DNA of 64,000 nt from Eledone cirrhosa (lineage: Eukaryota), in contig OZ024740.1 of assembly GCA_964016885.1 (NCBI GenBank), forward strand, positions 261,020,001-261,084,000, given 5' to 3'. The notes beneath the pieces are model-generated. The model was not told the origin of the DNA and made no database searches. It worked only from the letters and a program-made list of their open reading frames with translations. The position numbers were made by a program, and so were the translations under genes. Below are positions 1-13,601 of the stretch, piece by piece (the first letter of the stretch is position 1; each line of letters opens with the position of its first letter).

Positions 1-36
1 TTGTATATATTATAATGCATAGACATTTATGTGTAA

Positions 37-77
<41 letters not shown>

Positions 78-83
<6 letters not shown>

Positions 84-306
84 GATAAAAGAACTGGAGG
101 CCAGGCTGGTGATATCCCTCTAAAGTTTTATTGTTGCACAAAAAAAATATATTTCAATTTATTGATTAACTAATTAAGCAATCAGCACCTGATGATGTTA
201 CCAGTATCTTACATAACCAGGCCATTGAAATTTACATAGTGTTTTTGCAAGAATAAAACTTTACAGGGATATCATCAGTCTGGCATCCTGTTGTTTTATC
301 AAATTA
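78..306. mobile_element. Penelope-type pLTR remnant: about 65-bp inverted arms enclosing a degenerate hammerhead
   Basis: 78-145 is the imperfect reverse complement of 243-306; it begins beside a (TA)n tract. Confidence 0.6.
184..243 (+). ncRNA. Degenerate minimal type I hammerhead ribozyme
   Basis: agcac-CTGATGA-(decayed stem II)-GAAA-tttaca-TA-gtgtt; stem I pairs; stem II is similar to the copy at 53711. Confidence 0.5.
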
Positions 307-454
307 ATATTTCACTCCGCCCCTACATCACCCACAGGATTCAATATCAATGATGGATGTGTTGAATAGCATAGAGTGCTTTTCCTACTATTACATCATG
401 GTTAACTAAATGGAATGACCAGTTCTATCCATTCGTGAACCACAAAACATAAAT

Positions 455-2548
<2,094 letters not shown>

Positions 2549-2946
2549 AACTAAAGCAATGGAATAAAGGACTCGCGTGTAATCCTGTAATTTAATGAGC
2601 TCAAATGAAAACACACTCTCCTGTGTTTTTCCTTTCTATATTGTATATATGTATATATAGTTGCAGAAGAGTGTTGTTTATCTTATTTATTACATTGTAA
2701 CTTCTTGTGGATAAGCAGATCCTTGCGATCCAAAATACTACACATCAGTAGTTTATCCTAGATAAGTGATAATGAGTAACGGAGTATTCATTTATCAAAT
2801 AATGGTAGTTAAGACAGGATTAAGACAGGATTAAATCACCATAATTGTTTATTTTACGATATATATATCCACTTCACTACTGGATAGATATGCATGGTCA
2901 CCGGCATATCTTAATGATTGCATAACTGCACCTATGGTTGCATAAA

Positions 2947-2995
2947 CATCTGATGAAGTCACACAAATAACCATGTCACAGAAATATATATCATG
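2947..2995 (+). ncRNA. Degenerate minimal hammerhead motif
   Basis: cat-CTGATGA-...-GAAA-tatata-TC-atg followed by AATAAA; stem II is poorly paired. Confidence 0.45.
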
Positions 2996-3042
2996 CAATA
3001 AAGAATTATAGTGAATTAATCATGTCTTAACTACCTTTATTT

Positions 3043-3211
3043 TATATATATATACATATATATATATATCATATATATACATTATATTATATATATATAT
3101 ATATGATATATATATTATATATCATATATTATATATATATTATATATATATATATATATATATCATATATATATATATATATAATATATATATACATATA
3201 TATATATCATA

Positions 3212-3242
<31 letters not shown>

Positions 3243-3582
3243 CATATATATATATATATATAATATATATATACATATATATATATCACATATATCATAT
3301 ATATATATACATATATATATATCATATATATCATATATATATATACATATATATATATCATATATATCATATATATATATATATATATCATATATATCAT
3401 ATATATATATATCATATATATATATACATATATATATATCATATATATATATACATATATATCATATATATATAACATATACATATATCATATATATATA
3501 TACATATACATATATATACATATATATATATTACATATACATATATATACATATATATATATATACATATACATATATATAC

Positions 3583-3614
<32 letters not shown>

Positions 3615-3674
3615 ACATATATATATATATATACATATATATACATATATATATATACATATACATATATATAC

Positions 3675-3705
<31 letters not shown>

Positions 3706-4232
3706 CATATATATACATATATATATATACATATATATACATATATATATACATATATATACATATATATATATATACATATATATACATATATATATAT
3801 ATACATATATATATATACATATATATACATATATATATATACATATATATACATATATATATATACATATATATATACATATATATATATACATATATAT
3901 ATATACATATATATACATATATATATATACATATATATATATACATATATATACATATATATATATACATATATATATATACATATATATATATACATAT
4001 ATATATACATATATATATATACATATATATATATATACATATATATATATACATATATATATATACATATACATATATACATATACATATATATATATAC
4101 ATATACATATATACATATACATATATACATATATATACATATACATATATACATATATATACATATACATATATACATATATATACATATACATATATAT
4201 ACATATATATATATACATATATATATATATAC

Positions 4233-4281
<49 letters not shown>

Positions 4282-4347
4282 CATATACATATTATATATA
4301 TACATATACATATATATATATATACATATACATATATATATATATAC

Positions 4348-4395
<48 letters not shown>

Positions 4396-4527
4396 ATATA
4401 CATATATATATATACATATATATATATACATATATATATATACATATATATATATACATATATATATATACATATATATATATACATATATATATATACA
4501 TATATATATATACATATATATATATAC

Positions 4528-4558
<31 letters not shown>

Positions 4559-4717
4559 CATACATATATATATATATACATATACATACATATATATATA
4601 TATACATATATATACATATATATATATACATATATATACATACATATATATATACATATATATACATACATATATATATATACATATATATACATATATA
4701 TATATACATATATATAC

Positions 4718-4754
<37 letters not shown>

Positions 4755-4816
4755 TATACATATATATATATATATATACAATATATATACATATATATAC
4801 ATATATATATATATAT
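3043..4816. repeat. (TA)n/(TACATA)n microsatellite
   Basis: Direct inspection. Confidence 0.97.
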
Positions 4817-5016
4817 NNNNNNNNNNNNNNNNNNNNNNNNNNNNNNNNNNNNNNNNNNNNNNNNNNNNNNNNNNNNNNNNNNNNNNNNNNNNNNNNNNNN
4901 NNNNNNNNNNNNNNNNNNNNNNNNNNNNNNNNNNNNNNNNNNNNNNNNNNNNNNNNNNNNNNNNNNNNNNNNNNNNNNNNNNNNNNNNNNNNNNNNNNNN
5001 NNNNNNNNNNNNNNNN
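4817..5016. other. Assembly gap (200 N)
   Basis: Run of N. Confidence 1.
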
Positions 5017-6103
5017 CTCCACCACTGTCTAAACTGCAAGATGGTTGGTGTTATGAAGGGCATCTAGCTGTAGAAACCAAGCCAAAATACAGATCCATAT
5101 GAGCGTGACATAGTTACCTGACTTGACTTGTCTCATAATGTGAAAACCTGTCTAATCCATGCAATGGTGGAGAAATTCAAGTTATATAGTGATGATGATG
5201 ATGATGATGATGATTTCTAGTTATGGTGCCAAAATAAAACATTCTCAGTACACACTGTAAAGTATTCAGCAATTAAAGAGACACATTGTAAGGTAGAAAG
5301 GACTCTTAGTCTTGTTAAGGGCAAGTAGTGATGGTGTCATGATAAAATGTACTCAGTACAATTTGTCAAAATGGAAAGACAAACAAGGCATGGTCCCCCA
5401 AACTGGTAGCTTCTGTAAAGAGATGAGATACATTGTGGTAGTGTGGTCCTGGTTAGGGTTAACGAATAGACTTTATTCCAAATTTCAAAGATTTTTGTCA
5501 TATAAAAAGGTAAATAAATAAGCAGAAAAAATAATAACAGATATAAAATATTCACATGTGTACTTATTTGGTAAGAGGCAGGATGTGAGGTCAAGTGTTG
5601 AAACTGAAGTTATTTCATTGTGGAAGAATCTTTTTTGTCATTCAAAAACCACAAAAAAACTGTTAAATTCACTCTACATTTATTATTCATTTATTTTTTG
5701 TAAAAGTTTTCATCACACTCTTTGTAACCTGGTCAATGACACAATTTCACAAAATTTATGGACTATCTCTCATTATGTAAATGTCAACTTTACATTTTGT
5801 ATCTTATAAGAAACATGTACCAAAGTTTTATGCCAGTGAAGGTAATCGTAAGATAAATTATGAATGAAGAATTTTATTCAATTAATGCTTATTCAATAGT
5901 TTTCCATATAGATTCTATTTTATTTGTGATACAAAAATATAAACTTTAATAGAAGATCTGTGAAACTCATGGTGAGACTGAAATTTCAAGCAAAGAACTA
6001 CGGCATATCTTAATTATATTGATAAATTCATGCATCATAGTTCTTTGCTCAATAGCAAAAACATACTTTGAAATATAAACTTGGAAGAGTGTAGACTCTA
6101 ATA

Positions 6104-6243
6104 CAGTTATGAACAAACTGCAACCCAATTGGCTTTGGCACACCTAATTTCAAAATTTCCTTGAATTTTTTAGTAATGCGGCCTGCTTTATGATGAGTCA
6201 GATCTTATATGACTCACTGCTTGAAAAAGATTGCCCATACCTG
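6104..6243. mobile_element. hAT (Charlie/Buster-like) MITE, 140 bp
   Basis: Imperfect TIRs CAGTTATGAACAA / CAGGTATGGGCAA; 8-bp TSD CTCTAATA at 6096-6103 and 6244-6251. Confidence 0.75.
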
Positions 6244-6684
6244 CTCTAATATAGGTTAATCTATATAAGATAAACAGCAATTATATATATGGTAACTAGA
6301 GTTTTTCTCAATCGGCCCTTTAGTTGAGCATATTTATTGGATTTTTTTTTTACAGCTTATTCAGAGAGGGAAGAGCAATGCCCATGACTTTTTTCAAGAA
6401 CTTTAAGAACGCTAAAGTCTGCTAAAATTGTACACATCTGTGTGCATGGTTGACCAAAGGATAACCGGGATTCTTTTCAAGAACTCCAAGAATGCTAGTC
6501 TGCTAAAATAGTATGCATCTGTGTGCATGGTTGACCAAAGGACAGATTAAGCAAAACCTATATTCTGTTTATCCCACATATCAATCAACACACATATAAA
6601 CACACACATGCACACATACACACACACTGATGATGATGATGATATATATATATCAACAAATATATATATATATTTGTTGTTGAT

Positions 6685-7070
6685 AAGCTCCCTTAATTTG
6701 ATGTGGGCAAAATCCCTTAATTTATTATGGATAAGGTCCTTTACATTTCTGTGGGTAAGATTGTTGTGGGTAAGGTTGCTTTAATTTTCTGTGAATAAAG
6801 TCCTTTACATTTCTGTAGGTAAGGACCCTTAAATCATTGTGGGTAAGATCCTTTAATTTGTGAGCATGGTTGCTTTAATTTGTTGGTGGTAAGATCTCTT
6901 AAATTGTTGTGGGTAAAAACTCTTAAATCATTGTGGGTAAGATCCTTTAATTTTCTGTGGGTATTTGTGCTTTAATTGGTTGGTGGTAAGATCCCTTAAA
7001 TTGTTGTGGATAAAATCCTTTAATTTGTTGTGGGTAAGGTCCTTTAATTGGTTGTGGGTAAGGTCCTTCT
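6685..7070. repeat. Degenerate minisatellite (TTGTGGGTAAGATCCTTTAAT-like) just downstream of the host stop codon
   Basis: Repeated gtgggtaag...cctttaa units. Confidence 0.75.
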
Positions 7071-7100
7071 TTTGCATGCTATAAACCGACAATTGTTTAT

Positions 7101-7308
7101 TTATTTCACATGAATGATCCCCTTCTGACTCCTGTTAGTGAAATTGTTGTTTCTAGTACACATATAATTATAATAACCCTTCTTTATACGAAGTACAACA
7201 CCCAGATATGAGGCTGGGGCATTGTTTAAAACATTGTTCATTTTGGTGGCCTTCTTATCTAGACTGTCTTTCACAAGATCATTGGGACATTTTGATGATT
7301 TCACACAT
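7101..7308 (-). CDS. DD3-3-like protein terminal coding exon
   Basis: tctttcag|A; CVKSSKC...[10 protein letters not shown]...[27 protein letters not shown]; AATAAA overlaps and follows the stop. Confidence 0.9.
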
Positions 7309-8319
7309 CTGAAAGACAAAATAAATAAATGGAGAAATTATTGAACAAGGATTTAATTGAAAAGTATCTCAAAGGTGGAGGGAAATAAATAGATGTCAGA
7401 AGTGAAAGACTCAGGAAGACATGGACAAAAATATTGGTTTTTGATTTAAGGCACAAGGCCAACAATTTTGGTGGGAGGGAGAAAGTTGATTAAATCAACC
7501 TCAGTGCATTACTGGTACTTTATTTTATTGACCCTGTAAGGACAAAAGGCAAAACTAACCTCAGCTGGATTTGAACCCATAACATAAAGGGATGTAGCTA
7601 TATGCTGAAAAATATTGTTGAACACCCTACCGACATGGTAAAAAATAACGAAAGATTATCTATCTCAGGATGTGAACCTTTACTAAGGTTTTAGCCGATT
7701 TATATTTGGTCCTACTGTGTAGCATCTTCAGCAAAGTCTTCTACTATAGCCTTGGACTGACCAATATGTGTGTGTGTGTGTGAGTATAGCATAGTGAAAG
7801 AGACAATAAGGAGACAACACAATCTATACATAAAAAGCTAATTTATTATAGTTCATACATACAAACATTTTTGTATATATGAATCATAATGTATATACCA
7901 TCATCATCATCATTGCATGGGTTGGACTAGTCTTTTTCAGTACAGGCATCTCTCCACTTATCACATTATTTTGGCATCTCCTCCATGAGCTTTAGTGATC
8001 TGAGATCAGCTCTCACCGCTGCCACCCACGTCTTCCTCTACTGTGGCTTCCTTCCACTGGGATTCTTTGACACTTCTTCATCCAGTGATCATCATCCATG
8101 TGCATCACATGTCCATATAATAAGCAGGTGGGAACGAAGTATCAATTTAGCATCTTATACATATTTTATTCGCACTAGATGTGTTTCACAATCGATCAGC
8201 TCAAGGTCACAATCAGTCATGATTAGGCCAGACTCTGGAATTGATAGCTTCTTAGATGCATGGATCTTCTAATGTAAGAGTGTACATCCGATTGCCATGG
8301 TAAAATGGTAGAACTGGTA

Positions 8320-8690
8320 AACAATGTAAAGTGTTAGCACTAATGCCAAAATAAAATGCAGCCTGTACACTCTGTAAGGTGTTAGCACTGGTGCCTAGAT
8401 GACATGCACCCAGTATACTGTGTAAAGTGTTATCAGTGGTGCCAAGAAAAAATGCACCCTTTACACTCTGTAAGGTGTTAGCATTGGTGTCAAGATGTCA
8501 AGATAAAATACACCTAGTACACTCTGTAAAGTGTTAGTAGTGGTGCCAAGATAAAATGCACCCAGTATATTCTGTAAGGTGTTAGCACTGGTGCCAAGAT
8601 AAAATTAACTCAATACACTCTGTAACGTTTTAGAGCTAGTGCTATGGTAAAATGTACCCAATACATTTTGTAAGGTGGTTGGCATCCAGT
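8320..8690 (+). repeat. About 48-bp tandem repeat derived from a SINE/RTE-tail module
   Basis: Units of GGTGCCAAGATAAAATGCACCCAGTACACTCTGTAAAGTGTTAGCACT; a similar array lies at 35340-35560. Confidence 0.75.
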
Positions 8691-8820
8691 TATAGAACCC
8701 ATAATGTGCCTCACTCAAGGACACAATGTACCACAAACTACTTTAAGATCATGAGCCAAAAACCCTAACCACTAACCAATGTATCTTCACAGCTCGAAGA
8801 AAATATGTAGAGCAACATAC

Positions 8821-8992
8821 GTGTAATATCCTGAAGAAGCCAGACTGATGGCAAGATTTTCTGGTCCTATATTGTTCTTGTTATGGTATATCCAAACTAT
8901 TTCACTGTTATTCCATAAACTGGTATCTTCAAAGGGAAGAGGGTAACTAACACCACCACTCTTGATCTGTAGAATGTTATTGCGATCAGTTC
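8821..8992 (-). CDS. DD3-3-like protein exon 11 (phase 1/2)
   Basis: tttacag|GA...AC|gtatg; GTDRNNILQIK...YPLPFEDTSLW...LAISLASSGYY. Confidence 0.88.
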
Positions 8993-9912
8993 CTGTAAAT
9001 ACACAACCAGGAACTCTTCAGTATTAAATATACAAGGAACATTAAAGAGAAAGATTTGTGGAATTAGAGGAAGAATATCAAAACATTGAAACATTGTAAA
9101 TATATTAACCCTTTTAACCTTTTAGTTACCAACCTGATCAAAACCAGCTCTGGTTCTATGAAATAAAACCACCCATTTTAAAGGTTTCTAATTTAAATCA
9201 AAATCTTCCAACATAATTTTATATAAGAACCATATATTAAGTTACCATCTTAATAATGAAATAATTAATAATTTTATTAACTCGCTCAAAATTCTTCATT
9301 AATTAATTAAAATATAGGCTTCCTATTTATATTAAAATCTTCCAAAATAATTTTATATAAGAACCTCATATTCAGTTACTATCGAAGTAATGAAATAATT
9401 AATAATTTTAGTAAATCCCTTAAAATTCTTCATTAATTAATTAAAATTGTTACTATATTTCCAATAAAAGACACTACTGATGATTTTCAAATAATTTTGA
9501 AAATAATAAAACATTTGAAAGGATTTAGTAATAAAACTAACTTCTTCATTATTTAGCTGGTGTTTGGAACATAAAGATTCTTACATGAAATTATGATGGA
9601 TAAATATAAACACCTTAAAATAAAAAGCTTTGTATGGTAGAACCTGGAACAGTTTCAGGTTGTATGGTGTCAAAAAAAACCTTCCATTATAATTTTATTA
9701 AATTACCTAAAGATCTTCCATCATAATTTTATTAAGTTATGTTTCAAAATTCAACTTAATAATGAGAAAGTTTGTTATTTTACTAATTTCCTACACATTT
9801 TTTGATAATTTTCAAAATGTTTTGAAAATCATATGCAATGTCTTTTATTAGAAATATAATAAAGAAAGGTTTATAATGGATGACTTGGTCAGTAATCATA
9901 TATACTCTAATA

Positions 9913-11292
9913 CACAGGTTCTCAACCCATTTAGGCCAAACGCCCCCCCTTTGTCCCTCGAATTCAATATACTACTGATTTTGATATCAGTAGATTACTA
10001 AAAAATTGATTAACAATATTCCAAAGATACCATTGAAGGCAGCTGAGAGTGAGGCGATGCGTCCTCGTAGAAACTCAATAATAGAGTCGAACAGTTCAAA
10101 GAAGTGAGTAAGGCACTTGCCCTTTGAAAGCCACCTCACTTCTTCGTCATTATCTTGACACAGTTGCCGGAAAGTTCGTTCATTGAGGGAATGCCGTTTG
10201 ATAAAATTGATGACATCAAGGGCCACCTGCAAGGACTTGCTCAGCTGCTTGCTGAGTTTCTTCGCAGCCAAGTGTTGTTGATGAATGACACAATAAACAA
10301 CAAATACAGATAGATTTTTCTCTCTTCAGAAGAGTGACGAAACCCTTATGTTGGCCGACCATTGCTCTTGCGTCGTCCGTAGCACATGATACAATGTATG
10401 TTGTATTTGGTCCTAGATGTATGTATTACCTGCCTGTGTGTTGTAGGTAGTCCTACATGTATGTATTACCTTCTTATGTATTGCATGTGGTCCCAGCTGT
10501 ATGTATTACCTGCTTGTGTGTTGTATGTGGTCCTAGATGTGTGTATTACCTCCTTATGTGTTGATTGTGGTCCTAGATGTATGTATTACTTGATTATGTG
10601 TTGTATGTGGTCCTAGATGTTTGTATTACCTGATTATGTGTTGTATGTGGTCCTAGATGTTTGTATTACCTACTTATGTGTTGTATGTGGTCCTAAATGT
10701 ATGTATTACCTGCCTGTGTGTTGTATGTGGTCCTAGATGTGTGTGCTACCTCCTTATGTGTTGCATGTGGTCTTAGATGTGTGTATTACCTGCTTATGTG
10801 TTGTATGTGGTCCTAGATGTGTGTGCTACCCGCTTCCGTGTTTGTTTTTCTTTTTTATTTGTAATATTATTTATACAATAGGGAATAAATAGATCTACAT
10901 AGTGTTAACTTGTTACGGTTGAGTAAATAACTTCAGACATGAAATACATTGTTATCGGTGAAGGAAAGATAAGATTCTAACTGGTTAGACTCGAAGTGTC
11001 CTTGACCCAGTAGACTGTGAGGCTTTTCCATTGTTAGGATCTCAATTGCTGGTTAATCTCTAGACACGCCTGCACACCTGCTCACAGCTGTGGTCAGACC
11101 ATAGTTATGCTGTCTGCATGCTGATTCAAATGCATTCACACTGGCTGTCTCAAAGACATACAAATATGGCTTATAAAACTTACCAAAGTAAACAGCCTTC
11201 CAAAGCTCCAAACGCCTCCCTAACGCCCCAAACGCCCCCTGGAGTTCTGAAACGTCCCCTGGGGTGCATATGCCCCCCGTTGAGAACCTTTG
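9913..11292 (-). mobile_element. Non-autonomous hAT (Buster/Charlie) deletion derivative with a transposase fragment
   Basis: TIRs CACAGGTTCTCAAC / CAAAGGTTCTCAAC; TSD CTCTAATA at 9905-9912 and 11293-11300; ORF 9987-10271 has INFIKRHSLNERTFRQLC...EVRWLSKGKCL (hAT transposase motif). Confidence 0.85.
10395..10835. repeat. 40-bp minisatellite (about 11 copies) inside the hAT element
   Basis: GTGTTGTATGTGGTCCTAGATGTATGTATTACCTGCTTAT units at 40-bp spacing. Confidence 0.9.
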
Positions 11293-11828
11293 CTCTAATA
11301 TAAGCTGATCCAAATATAAGCTGACCCCTATTTTATGTCAGAGAAATGGGCAAAATTCCAAACCCCATGTATAAGGTGAGGCAAGTAATCTACACATTAT
11401 GTTTAAATGGTTCAGTTTTGACATTCTCATCAGTTGAAAATATATTTATGAAGTTTTAATATTTTGATATTTGAAATATTTTAAGTGTTGTTTAGAGTTA
11501 AGTTTTTGTTTCAGAACTCCAGTATGTAAAATTTCTTTTACCAATTTCCAACCAATTTAAAGGCTATTTTCATTCTGGACAAATAAAACACAACAGGAAA
11601 AACAAATTTCACCTCAAGAATGAAACCAGTGTAATATTCACCAAAATGAAAATATTTTAGCACCTCATTTACATAGAATTTTGAAGTTGGTGAAAATCAG
11701 CAAAATACTGACCCCAAATATAAGCTGACCAAGCCATTTTGCCATTGAAGTATATATGGTACTTATAGGCATAGCTGTGTAGTGATGTACAGTCTTGTAT
11801 TATAGAACCAGGATTGGTTCTAAACCCT

Positions 11829-13601
11829 TAAAAAACAGGTGAATAAATTAACCAACTGGAAATCACCAGGCCCAGATAGTGTGCAAGGATATTGGACTAA
11901 AAGTATAATGACTTTCCACCTGATACTGATGGCCATGTTCAATGACTGCTTAGTGTCAGGTGAAGTGCCGCAGCAGTTGATAAAAGGTACAATGGCCCTA
12001 ATAATGAAAAGCCAAGGGAAATGACATTTCCAACTATAGGCCTATCATATGCCTGTTATTGATGTGGAAGTTACTAACAAGCATTATGTCTGAGGAAATC
12101 TACCACTACCTCAGCATAAACAACCTATTGCTAGAGAAACAGAAAGAATGCCAAGGAGGCATACTGGTCTGGCCATGGAATGGATAGATTACAAAAAGGC
12201 ATTCAACATGGCTCCTTCTTGGATAACCAAGTGCCTAAAAATCTTCAAAGTGGTGGACAACATCAGACTGCTATTAAGTAATAGCATAAAGACCTGGGAG
12301 ACAGAGCTAACATCAGGGGGAAGCTAACATCTTTGAGAAGAGTGAAAATCAAGAGAGGTATTGTCCAAGGAGATAGTTTGTCCTTACTCTCATACCCTTG
12401 TCCTACATATTGCAAAGAATGAAGGAAGGATAAGAACAGGAAAGAGGAGAGCTTACCATCAACCATGTCTTCATGGACAACATAAAACTCTTTGGGAAGA
12501 GCAAGGAATTGAATGTATTTGTCAACACTGTCTGTATTTTCGGCAATGATATCATCATCATCATCATCGTTATTTTACGTCATTTTCCCTGCTTGCAAGG
12601 GTGGGACGGGAACTGATTCTGGCTTGATTTCTACAGCTGGATGCCCTTCCTAACATCAACCTCATTTACAGTGAGTGCTGGGTGCTTTTTTGCCGTGGCA
12701 CCTCCATGACCAGTTTGCAGTGGAATGATATGGACCCCAGTCCCTATCATCTCATTTCTACAGCTGAGTAAACTGGAGCAATGTGAAATAAAGTGTCTTG
12801 CTCAAGGAAACAACACATCACCCGGTCTGAGAATTGAACTCACAACCTTTCGATTGCAAGACCAATGCTCTAACCCCTAAGCCATGTGCCTCCATATATG
12901 TATGGAATTTGGTGTTAATAAGGGTGGAGTCCTAGTGATGAGGAGAGGTAAATTGAAGAGAACGAAAGGAATCGAGGTATTAACGTGTGGGATGATAAGA
13001 TCAACACCAAAGAGAGATATAGGTATTAGGGTGCTCTGGAGGCAGATAACATTGAGGACAATAAAATGAAGGAGATGATATGATCTGAATACATAAGAAG
13101 AGTAAGGAACATACCAAAATTACATCTGAATAGTAGAAATGACATGAGTGCAATATATTCCTAAGCTGTGTCTATTACTAGGAACAGTGTAGGAATTCTT
13201 AAATGGAATTTAAATGAGCACAAGGAACTGGATAGACAAGGAATTTAATGACCACCTACAGTAAGTTTTATAAGAGGAGTGATGTTGATAGACTATACTT
13301 AAGGAGACCTGAAAGTGGAAGAGGTCTAATCAGCATGGCGGACTGTGTTCAGATGGAGAAAAGCTGTCTACACAGATATATGACTGAGAATAATGAGCCA
13401 ATACTTAAGGTTGTATTGAAGGAGGAGACAATAGACCAGGGGATGTCCAAGATAGAAGTAATGATGAGGAGGAAGAACAACCTGAATGAAAAAGCCCTTC
13501 ATAGCATCTTTTTAAAGAAAACAGAATTCAGAGATCTGCAGACATGGAACTGGTTAAAGAAAGGGACCTTAAGAAAGCTTCAGAGGGAATGATAGTTGCA
13601 G
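11829..13601 (+). mobile_element. Decayed R4/Dong-like (RLE-class) non-LTR retrotransposon RT region, interrupted by SINEs at about 12550-12895
   Basis: NWKSPGPDSVQGYW, YRPIICL, WIDYKKAF, DVDRLYL...GRGL, TWNWLKKG motifs with stops and frameshifts. Confidence 0.75.
12740..12893 (-). mobile_element. tRNA-derived SINE
   Basis: Minus strand has A-box-like TGGCTTAGGGTTAG and B-box-like GAGTTCAATTCT, then a CCTTGAGCAAGACACTT body. Confidence 0.65.

Larger units (their letters stand above)
9896..11759. mobile_element. Tc1/mariner-type MITE interrupted near its left end by a hAT element
   Basis: Ends (c/t)CATATATACT ... AGTATATATGG-TA; internal TATAAGCTGAC motifs resume right after the hAT TSD. Confidence 0.5.

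Noticed and set aside
6296-6645. Possible minus-strand Helitron (CTAG plus hairpin)
   Set aside because: 5' end ambiguous; too little support to call
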